A stretch of DNA of 64,000 nt from an uncultured Acidobacteriota bacterium (lineage in GTDB: Bacteria > Acidobacteriota > Vicinamibacteria > Marinacidobacterales > DATDRI01): contig CAVONV010000035.1 of NCBI GenBank assembly GCA_963697355.1, forward strand, positions 252,960-316,959, written 5' to 3'. Shown here piece by piece: positions 33,027 to 41,200 of the stretch. Position numbers and translations under genes: made by a program. The notes beneath the pieces are model-generated. The model worked only from the letters and a program-made list of their open reading frames with translations, was not told the origin of the DNA and did no database searches. The first letter of the stretch is position 1. Every line of letters starts with the position of its first letter.

Positions 33027-36000
33027 CTAGCACTGTTCCGCGTCGTAGGACATCATGGTGTAGTAAAGAGCCGGAACGATAAGAAGCCTCAAGAGGATGG
33101 CGAAGAAGAATCCTCCGATGTAAACCACGGCCAAGGGACGATGAAGCTCGGCGCCGGTGGTCTCGATGAGTGCCAAGGGCAGGACACCTACAATCATGAC
33201 CAAGTCAGTCATCAAAATCGGCCGGAATTTCGTCAACGCTCCTTCGATGACGGCTTCTTTCAGTGCCCTGCCTCGACATCTTAGCTCGTTGATCTTCGCA
33301 ACGAGGATCACATCGTTTTGGGCGCAAATGCCGAAAAGAGCGATGAGTCCGATGGTAGACGACACGTTCATTGTCTGCCCAGCAATTAGAAGCCCCAGCA
33401 CACCTCCCAACAATGTCGTGGGGATGTTTAAAATGATGAGGAGGGCCTGCCGCAACGATCGAAACGAAGTAAAAAGCACCACGAAAATGATAAGGAGGAC
33501 TAGGAGCATGACCATGGTCAAATGCCTCATGGCGCGTTGTTGACTCTCGTACTGCCCCCCGAAGATCACGTAGTAGCCGGCAGGCAGGTCGACTTCCTCT
33601 GCGATGATTGCCCGCGCTTCTTCAACAAAACTCCCAATGTCCCTGTCGACGACGTTGCACAGGAGGATTTTCCTGCGTTGGAGGTTCTCCCTAAAGATGC
33701 TTTGCGGACCTTCGCTACGATAAATGTCCGCCAACACACTCAAAGGGATCCTCTCCCCGTTCGGAGCGTCAATGAGCAGATTCCTCACTTTGTCTTCATC
33801 GTTTCGGTATTCCTCGGGCAGTCGAATCAATAGCGTGGTGATCCGATCCGGTTCGTAGACGTCTGTAACCTCGAATCCGTTCAACGCGGTCTCGATGACA
33901 TCTGCCACGTCGCCTACGGAGATGCCGTATCGAGCCAACTCCTGCCTTCTAACGTCAATGACCAGCTGGGGGACGCCGGTCGTTTGCTCGATTTGGAGAT
34001 CGGCAACACCTTCTCAAATCAGCGAGGGCATTTCGTATGTCCTCGATATAGTGATTCAAAGTCTCCAGGTCCGCTCCGAAGAGCTTGATGGACAACTGAC
34101 CTTCCGTCCCGGTCAACATCTCCGCTAGTTTGTTGGCGATGGGCTGCTCGAAGATGTAGTTCACTCCAGGTATCTTGTCCAGCTCCTCCCGCATGGCTTG
34201 AGTGATCTCCTCGAAGTCCCTTTCGCGCTCTTCACGCGGAAGGAGCTCGATGTTGAAATGACTGTGGTTGACGGGGTGCAAATGTTCCGAAGCTTCCGCG
34301 GTACCTGTCGTCCTCGAGACCGAGATCACCTCCGGGAAGGAAAGGAAGACGTGCTCGATCCGCTTGGACACCTTGACGGACTCCTCCAGCGATGTCTCCG
34401 GCAACATGACGCTCGACGCCATGATGGCCCCCTCATCGAGCGGCGGAACGAACTCCGTACCCAGGAACCCAAAGGACACAACCGTTCCTACGAGCACGAG
34501 CAGGACCATGGGGATCGGCAGTTTGTGGTGCTCCAAAGCCTTGTTCAATACCGCACGGTATTTCTCGTTGATGAGCTCCGTAATGGGGTTTCTTCGCTCC
34601 TTGACATGTTTTTCCGTCAGGTAGTACGAAGCCAGTACAGGCTGTAGTGTGATATTCACGACCAAGGCGCCGAAAAGAGCCGCCACTACCGCAAAGGCCG
34701 TGGGGCGGAACATGGCTCCCTCGATCCCTTGTAAGGTCAGCAGGGGAAGAAACACCAAAATGATGATGAGATTGGCGGAGAAGAGGTACGTACCCACTTC
34801 TCGCGAGGCTTCCGAAGTCAGCTCAATGGTCGACGCTTGGCCCTTTTTCTCGTTCAACACCCTGAAGATGTTCTCCACCATGATGATCGAGCCGTTAGCC
34901 GTTTTTCCGATGCCGATCGCCAATCCCCCAATGGACATAACGGTAAGCGCTATCCCGAAGATATCCATCAAGACCAACGCGATGAGGATCGATATGGGAA
35001 TGGTCAAGGAGGCTATCAAAGCGGTTCTCAAATCCCACATGAACAGGATCATGACCACTACGATGAGCACCGCACCCTGGAGGATGGATATTTGTACGTG
35101 TTCCAAGGATTTGAGTATCAAAATGGACTGATCGTAAAAAGGTATGATATCGACGCCATCGGGCAGATCGTCTACTACCTGGGAGAGGGTCTCCTTTACA
35201 TTGGCAATGGCGGTTAGGGTATCCCCGCCGTATTGCTTCTCGATGGTGACGTAAACGGCTTCTTCACCGTTGTGACTACCCGCTTCTCTCCTGAATTTCC
35301 GCCCGACTTGAACATCGGCGACGTCCTTTACATAGACGGGAACATTGCTTCGAGAGGTAATAACCGTCGTGTTGATATGCTCGAGTGTCTCGATACGACC
35401 GAGGCCCTTGATCAGGATCTCCTGGGAACCTTTGGTGATGACGCCTCCGGAGAAATTTCGGTTGCTGTTCTCGAGAGCCTCCTTGACGTCCTGAATGGTG
35501 ATGTCGTAGTTGCTCAGCATGTCCGGTTGGAGAAAAACCTGGAACTGTTTGACGAAACCTCCTAGGTTGATGACGAAGGAAACGCCATTGACACCCTGCA
35601 GGCGATACCGGATGGTCCAATCGGCGATGGATCGGAGCTCCATAGGATCGGTGCCGTCTCCCACCACCGCGAACTCGAAGACCTCCCCCATTCGCGAAGA
35701 GACTGGCCCCAGAATAGGTTCGGTGGTTCCCAGTGGTAGTCGGCCGGCAATGAGCTCGAGCTTGCTGGAAACGATCTGTCGCGCCAAGTAGATATCGGTT
35801 CCCCAGTCGAACTCCACGGTGACGACGGAGTCGCCCGTGGTCGACTCCGAGCGCACTCGCGTGACGTGAGATGCACCGTTGAGGAGACTCTCGAGAGGAA
35901 AGGAGATCAAACGCTCCACGTCCTCCGAAGCCATTCCTTCGTTCTCTGTAATGATTTTAACGAGGGGGGCGTTGAGATCCGGGTAGATATCCTTGGGCAT

Positions 36001-36099
36001 ACTAAAGTAAGCGATCATTCCCCATATCGACACGAGCACAACCCAGAGTATGGTGAGCACGCGGTTCCTCAAAGCGGCCTCGATGATTCGATCAATCAT
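33027..36099 (-). pseudogene. czcA: heavy-metal efflux RND transporter CzcA/CusA family, interrupted by a +1 frameshift near 34010
   Basis: ORF 33955-36099 covers aa 1-714 and ORF 33027-33938 covers the C-terminal 303 aa of one RND pump (about 1017 aa in total). Reading across 33990-34030 shows ...IRNALADL then a shift to ...VADLQIEQTTGVPQLVIDVRRQELARYGISVG in the +1 frame. This is consistent with a single extra base around ttgagaagg. Confidence 0.8.
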
Positions 36100-36139
36100 G
36101 GAATCCTCTCACTTCGACGTTCAGACTGAAGTATCTCGT

Positions 36140-37489
36140 CTAATGCACGTGCCCCTTTGAAATGACGCCTTCATACATCTTCGATTTGAGTTGAAAGTTG
36201 CCGTTTGTCACGACCACATCGCCTTCTTGGACACCGCTCAAGATCTCAACGTAATCCCTTTGTCGGATACCGGTTTCAACGATGAGCGGTACGTATTCTT
36301 CGCCTCGCCTGACGAAAACGAGCTCGAGATCTTTGTCGTCGAGAATGGCTGACTCGGGCAAGGCGATAACCCGATCGTGATGATTGAGGTGGATAGTGAT
36401 ATCTGCAAACATCCCCGGCTTGAGCTTGTAATCGGTATTGGCCACTTCGGTGTGAACGGTGATGGTTCGAGTATCTTCCTTGAAGATGTCACCCACGTAT
36501 TGGATTCGGCCTTTGAATACTTCATTGGGGTAGGCGTGGACTCGCACCTCGACTTCCTGGCCTTCGCGGATCTTGGCGATGTCTTTTTCGTAGATCTCCG
36601 TGTCGACTCGAAGCGAGTCGGAATTCATGATGGTCAAGATCTCGGTGTCCTGATCAACCATAGCCCCCAAAACAGCTTTGTTCTCCACGATTTTTCCGCC
36701 AATGGGTGCATAGAGATCGATAATGGGATTGATTTGATGATTTTCTACCGTCTCTTGAATTTGTTCTTCGGTGAATCCAAGAATGTGGAGCTTCTTCTCT
36801 GTCGTTTCTAAACTGGACCGAGCGACACTAAACGCCGCTTCGGCCAACAGATAATCCTTCTGGGCACCCACGCCACGATCGAGGAGTCGTTTTTGTCGCT
36901 CGTAGTTTTTCTTGGCAAGCTCGAAATCCGCTTCCGCTTTGTAGAACTCGGACTTCGCATTTCCCACTTCCTCACTTTGTAACGTCAGAACTTTCTGTCT
37001 CTTCTTGACCCAATCGCCGAGACGGACGTGAACCTCGGAGATTCTCGCCGGAAAGGCGTAGCTGACGATGGCTTTCGTGTGAGGAGGAGCGACGACTTTT
37101 CCCATGGCCGGAAGCGCGGCATCGAGAGCTCGATAAGAAGCCTCGACGGTCTGGATATCGATCGATTCCGACTCGTCGTTCGTCAGGGAAACGGGCTCGA
37201 ACCGTTCCAGGTTCGCTCGTGCCGGCTGATTTCGACCGCGACCTTTCCCGGTGTCACGGAGATTTCGTCCTTGACCCTGGCCTTGTCCTTGCCCGCGCCC
37301 CTGGCCTAGGCCTTGTCCCCGCCCTTGGCCTTGTCCTTGACCACGACCTTGTCCTTGTCCGCCGCCGGCGGACTCCGCGTTACTGCGACGGGAGCGGGCC
37401 GTGGATGAGTCTTGGCGATCTCCGCATCCGCCGGTGCCGACACCGACGAGCACAAGTGTCAATAGGACGGAAATGGTTTTGCTTTTCAT
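36140..37489 (-). CDS. RND efflux periplasmic adaptor (membrane fusion protein, CzcB/CusB-like) with N-terminal GQ/GR repeat tract
   Basis: Start moved to MKSKTISVLLTLVLVGVGTGGC (lipoprotein-like); its ATG overlaps the upstream TolC stop (ATGA). HlyD/biotinyl-lipoyl, beta-barrel and membrane-proximal-domain pattern. (GQGR)n repeat at aa ~45-75. Confidence 0.85.
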   Translation of the reverse strand: MKSKTISVLLTLVLVGVGTGGCGDRQDSSTARSRRSNAESAGGGQGQGRGQGQGQGRGQGLGQGRGQGQGQGQGRNLRDTGKGRGRNQPARANLERFEPVSLTNDESESIDIQTVEASYRALDAALPAMGKVVAPPHTKAIVSYAFPARISEVHVRLGDWVKKRQKVLTLQSEEVGNAKSEFYKAEADFELAKKNYERQKRLLDRGVGAQKDYLLAEAAFSVARSSLETTEKKLHILGFTEEQIQETVENHQINPIIDLYAPIGGKIVENKAVLGAMVDQDTEILTIMNSDSLRVDTEIYEKDIAKIREGQEVEVRVHAYPNEVFKGRIQYVGDIFKEDTRTITVHTEVANTDYKLKPGMFADITIHLNHHDRVIALPESAILDDKDLELVFVRRGEEYVPLIVETGIRQRDYVEILSGVQEGDVVVTNGNFQLKSKMYEGVISKGHVH

Positions 37490-38745
37490 GGTCGATTTCC
37501 TCCGAGTCCCTGACCAATGGCTTTTTGGACGGCTGCCAGGGCCACAGAATAGCCAAAGAGCGCATCGGCGTAGCTCCTGCGGGCCTCCATGAGCGTTCTT
37601 CTTGCCGCAATGAGCTCGATACCACCGATTTCCCCTTCTTGATAGCTGAACAAAAACATGTTGTAGACCTCTTCGGCCTGCGTCAAGATGTCCGCTTCGA
37701 AAAGCTCGATTTGGTTTCTCGCCGTCACGGCTTCCCGGTAAGCCTGCTCCACTTCGAGCGAAACGGAGTTCTCGATGTGCTGTACTTCCCTCTCGAGCGC
37801 TCTGATGTTGGCTTGCGCCTCCGCAATCTCGCCCTGTTTGGGTTGCCAAAAGAACAACGGCACGGGAAGGGCAAAAGTGACATCCCATGTTGACGGCTCT
37901 CCCTCGATGCGGTGGCGTGAGATACCAATCTCGAAGTCGGGGACATAACTCTGATAGGCAAGATTCTTCGCGATGCCTTCACGTTCCAGCGCTATCTGGA
38001 TCGCCTTGACCTCCGGCCGTTGCGCGTAGGCCATTTCCTTGAGCGCATCGAGATCCAGCGTCATGGAGGGGGCTTTCAACTCCCCCGTGACTTCAATAGG
38101 CTCGAAATCTCTTTTCGCCAGATGAAAATTCAGGAGAGCCCTTGCCAACCGGACGTCGTTCGTAGCTTTCCTCACCTCGTTCATCGCGCCCGAGGCTTCG
38201 ACGCGAGCCCTCAAAGCTTCGACCCGTGCCACCTCACCGGCTTCGAATTTGAGCTCCGTCTTGTTGGCAAAGTCCTCGGCGAGCTCGAGATTGTCCTCGG
38301 CGTATTGGCGCTTTTCTTGTGCGAGGAGGAGTCCGTAAAACGCCTCCTTGACGCTGAACATGATCTCGAGCTTCAGAGCTTCCGTATCCGAAAGGAACCC
38401 ATCCGACTCCTTCCTCGCAATCCGTCCTCGATCGCGGATCTTCGTCGGGAAATCGAAAGCGAAGATGAGACCCGTGTAAGACTCGAAGGCGTGCCTGAAA
38501 TCGAAAAAGCCGGGCTGGAGATCGGAGTCATAAGCGAACACCGGTTGCGGGAGGGCCGTGGCCTGTTTGATCCTCGCCAGAGATGCCGTGTAATACTCAG
38601 CGGCAGAAAGGACGAGGGGATTCTTCTCGAGCGCGATGTCGATGCAGTCCTGTAGATTCAATGGCGCCTGCTCCTGTGCGTGACACCACTGAGGAATCGC
38701 CATCACCAACAGCAACGACGGAACAAGTGTGTGTAGTTTCATCAC
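37486..38745 (-). CDS. TolC-family outer membrane efflux protein (CzcC-like)
   Basis: 419 aa with signal peptide. Two OEP repeats with coiled-coil segments. First gene of the tolC-MFP-RND operon. Confidence 0.85.
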   Translation of the reverse strand: MMKLHTLVPSLLLVMAIPQWCHAQEQAPLNLQDCIDIALEKNPLVLSAAEYYTASLARIKQATALPQPVFAYDSDLQPGFFDFRHAFESYTGLIFAFDFPTKIRDRGRIARKESDGFLSDTEALKLEIMFSVKEAFYGLLLAQEKRQYAEDNLELAEDFANKTELKFEAGEVARVEALRARVEASGAMNEVRKATNDVRLARALLNFHLAKRDFEPIEVTGELKAPSMTLDLDALKEMAYAQRPEVKAIQIALEREGIAKNLAYQSYVPDFEIGISRHRIEGEPSTWDVTFALPVPLFFWQPKQGEIAEAQANIRALEREVQHIENSVSLEVEQAYREAVTARNQIELFEADILTQAEEVYNMFLFSYQEGEIGGIELIAARRTLMEARRSYADALFGYSVALAAVQKAIGQGLGGNRP

Positions 38746-38814
38746 TGGACCTCTCTCGAAAAAAAGCTACCGAGAGGATGTACTCAATTGTCAGAAAAAG
38801 AAAGAGCGAAGAAG

Positions 38815-39090
38815 CTAGACCTGCGGGGGGGCACGAGAGCTCGGATGGTCCAAGTAGACCTGGAAATAATGGATGGATTCGCTCGCCGACGGAGTATCCT
38901 CCGTGAGCAACCTTGGCGGCTGAAGCGTCGCACAAACGTCGCGGTGACTCAGGCTGGGTATGGAGTTTTGAAAATGGCACGCAGGACAACTCTCATTGAC
39001 CTGGAGGGCCTTTTCGGTATGAAAAAAGTCGATTGAAGTGACGAGCGGCAGAAAGAGTAGAAGAAATATGAGCGTCCAACTCTTCCTCAT
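38815..39090 (-). CDS. possible small secreted protein with a CxxCH motif
   Basis: 92 aa from MRKSWTLIFLLLFLPLVTS (signal-like), then ...ESCPACHF.... AT-richer codons than neighbouring genes and no clear ribosome-binding site, so this may be spurious. Confidence 0.3.
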   Translation of the reverse strand: MRKSWTLIFLLLFLPLVTSIDFFHTEKALQVNESCPACHFQNSIPSLSHRDVCATLQPPRLLTEDTPSASESIHYFQVYLDHPSSRAPPQV

Positions 39091-39430
39091 ATCTACGGAT
39101 TCTAAGGCATTTGGTGCCGGCGTATCAACCGCCGCGTTTGGTGCTGCTTGCTTCTTCTGCCACTTTCCTACCAACCTCCGGCAACCTAGTTCTTTTTTAC
39201 TACTTTCGATGGCCCATTTGCTTTAACTTCGAGCCAACGACTCCCTGATCGCAGCAGATCTGCTTCATTGGACCCTACTGCCACTTCCTACTTACTTCTT
39301 CCCACTACCCACTGGTTACCCGATTACTGATTATCTGGTTACCGTCCACCGCCTCGCTGTTTTACCGCCTACCGCCCACTGGCTTCTTCTTCACTGGCCT
39401 CTGCCTACTGGCTTCTGACCTATCTCACGT

Positions 39431-39536
39431 CACTGGTCACTGGTCACTGGTCACTGGTCACTGGTCACTGTCCCACTTCCTATGTCCTCCTTCCTCCTTC
39501 CTCCTTCCTCCTTCCTCCTTCCTCCTTCCTCCTTCT
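39431..39536. repeat. two adjacent heptamer arrays: (CACTGGT)x6 then (CCTCCTT)x7
   Basis: Direct reading of 39431-39472 and 39486-39536. They sit in the 440-bp spacer upstream of the EEP gene. The wider spacer (39240-39430) contains further degenerate CACTGG/CTACTGG copies. Confidence 0.85.
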
Positions 39537-39613
39537 TCTCGCCCTTGCCACTCGCCAGTTCCCGCACTATCATCAGCGGTTGACATCCGACATCGCTTTG
39601 CGAAGGGGCATGC

Positions 39614-40354
39614 GTGAGATTCACTCTCCTGACATACAACATCCATAAGTGCGTCGGAGGGGCGGATAGACGCCACGACCGAGACCGCATCACTGAGGTG
39701 ATCTCTCACTATGACCCCGATCTGATTTTGCTTCAGGAAGTGGACCAGTACTCCAAACGTTCAAAGGCAAAGCGACAGGCCGATGTTTTGGGACAGGCTC
39801 TCGGGTACCGCCATCGCACCTACTTCCCCAACGTCAGAATTCGAGGGGGCGGGGCCTACGGCAACGCGATACTGAGTCGATTCCCGATCACGGAAACATC
39901 GAACCTCGACCTCACCATTCCTCCCAAGAAACGCCGCAGCGTGCTCCACGCTCGAATTCGCGTACGACTCAATGGGCAATTCGGGAACACCACCCGTACG
40001 TTCCATGTCTTTAACCTACATCTGGGCTTGTCCGGATTGGAACGAAAGATACAACTCCGCAAATTCCTTGACAGCCAACCCTTCGTGCGGCTCCACCATC
40101 AAACACCCATTATCGTGGGGGGTGACTTCAATGACGTCTGGGGCACCCTTGGCAAGAAGCTTCTGGTCCCGGCCGGCTTTCGCGGCCTCGTGCGACCCAT
40201 AAGGACTTTTCCCGCCTATGCACCGCTCCGAGCCCTTGATTCGCTCTATGTCAGAGGAGACATCGCCATCACCCAGGTGCACAGAGCGCGGCTGGAGGTT
40301 GCCAAGTGGGCGTCGGACCATCTTCCGCTAGTGGCGGAACTGGAAATTAAATAG
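39614..40354 (+). CDS. endonuclease/exonuclease/phosphatase (EEP) family protein
   Basis: GTG start. [12 protein letters not shown]...DLILLQEVD...GDFNDV...[10 protein letters not shown] are EEP catalytic motifs. Confidence 0.8.
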   Translation: MRFTLLTYNIHKCVGGADRRHDRDRITEVISHYDPDLILLQEVDQYSKRSKAKRQADVLGQALGYRHRTYFPNVRIRGGGAYGNAILSRFPITETSNLDLTIPPKKRRSVLHARIRVRLNGQFGNTTRTFHVFNLHLGLSGLERKIQLRKFLDSQPFVRLHHQTPIIVGGDFNDVWGTLGKKLLVPAGFRGLVRPIRTFPAYAPLRALDSLYVRGDIAITQVHRARLEVAKWASDHLPLVAELEIK

Positions 40355-40415
40355 AGGACTCAAGGACTCAAGAACTCAAGAACTCGAAAACTCAGGACTC
40401 GAGAATGCAAGAGGA
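40355..40415. repeat. 8-bp periodic array (GAGGACTC AAGGACTC AAGAACTC AAGAACTC GAAAACTC AGGACTCG), reverse-complement orientation of the TTGAGTTC family
   Basis: Direct reading. Fills the spacer between the EEP and macro genes. Confidence 0.7.
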
Positions 40416-40423
40416 GAAGCAAA

Positions 40424-40954
40424 ATGGCTGCTTACATGGGGGGGCGGATTGAGATTATTCAGACGGATATTACAGCGCTCGATGTCGATGCTATTGTCAA
40501 CGCTGCAAATCCATCGCTCCTTGGTGGCGGAGGGGTCGACGGTGCCATTCATCGGGCGGCGGGGCCGGAGCTACTCGAAGAATGCCATGGGCTAGGCGGG
40601 GCGCAAACGGGCGAAGCAAAAATCACCAAAGGGTACCGCCTTCCGGCTCGATTCGTCATCCACACCGTTGGACCGATCTGGAAAGGTGGCACGGCCCGAG
40701 AACCGGAGCTTTTGACGAGCTGCTATCGACATAGCCTCGAGCTCGCCAAGGACAACGAGCTCATTTCCATTGCCTTCCCCTCACTATCGACCGGTGTCTA
40801 TGGCTATCCCATCGACAAGGCGGCCCGCATCGCCCAAACGACCGTCCGCAACTGGCTCGGTGAGCATCCCTTGCCGGAAAGGGTCGTTTTTTGTTGTTTT
40901 TCCCAATCTGACGTCGCCGTCTACGAACAACTTGCAGAGGATACACTGGTTTAG
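40424..40954 (+). CDS. macro domain protein (O-acetyl-ADP-ribose deacetylase, YmdB-like)
   Basis: IVNAANPSLLGGGGVDGAIHRAAG and ...HTVGPIW are canonical macro-domain motifs. AGGAGA ribosome-binding site upstream. Confidence 0.9.
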   Translation: MAAYMGGRIEIIQTDITALDVDAIVNAANPSLLGGGGVDGAIHRAAGPELLEECHGLGGAQTGEAKITKGYRLPARFVIHTVGPIWKGGTAREPELLTSCYRHSLELAKDNELISIAFPSLSTGVYGYPIDKAARIAQTTVRNWLGEHPLPERVVFCCFSQSDVAVYEQLAEDTLV

Positions 40955-41018
40955 GACGCTACCCTCGCCACTTGCCACTTTCCCTTGTTTCGAACTAACA
41001 TCTCGACCCGCTAGACAC

Positions 41019-41090
41019 GAATTTCGGGGACAGGTTATTAATATTCCCTCGTAAGCGATTCAGAATATTGATCACCTGTCCCCGAAATTC
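41019..41090. other. 72-nt nested palindrome: 17-bp perfect inverted repeat GAATTTCGGGGACAGGT / ACCTGTCCCCGAAATTC enclosing a second AT-rich inverted repeat (TTAATATTC / GAATATTGA) and a 16-nt loop
   Basis: Direct reading of 41019-41035 against 41074-41090 and 41038-41046 against 41063-41071. Lies between the macro gene and the BNR gene. Confidence 0.7.
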
Positions 41091-41200
41091 CGGACCGTAC
41101 TTCGAACGATCGAACGTCGCATGGTCCAGCGCTGCCACGGAAAATCCTGCGGTCCGTTTCCGCATGGCGGGTTGGAGTCAAAGAAGCGGGGTGTAATTCT

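Noticed and set aside
36140-37888. Long N-terminal extension (133 aa, Arg/Gly-rich) of the adaptor ORF
   Set aside because: The extension overlaps the upstream TolC-like gene out of frame and is compositionally non-protein-like. The lipoprotein-type start MKSKTISVLL at 37489 overlaps the TolC stop, giving the classic ATGA coupling.
38020-38655. 211-aa plus-strand ORF
   Set aside because: Antisense to the TolC-family gene. No recognisable domain.
39431-39536. Possible CRISPR array
   Set aside because: The repeats are 7-nt units in direct contact with no spacers. Nothing resembles 25-40-nt repeats alternating with unique spacers. No cas genes are present.
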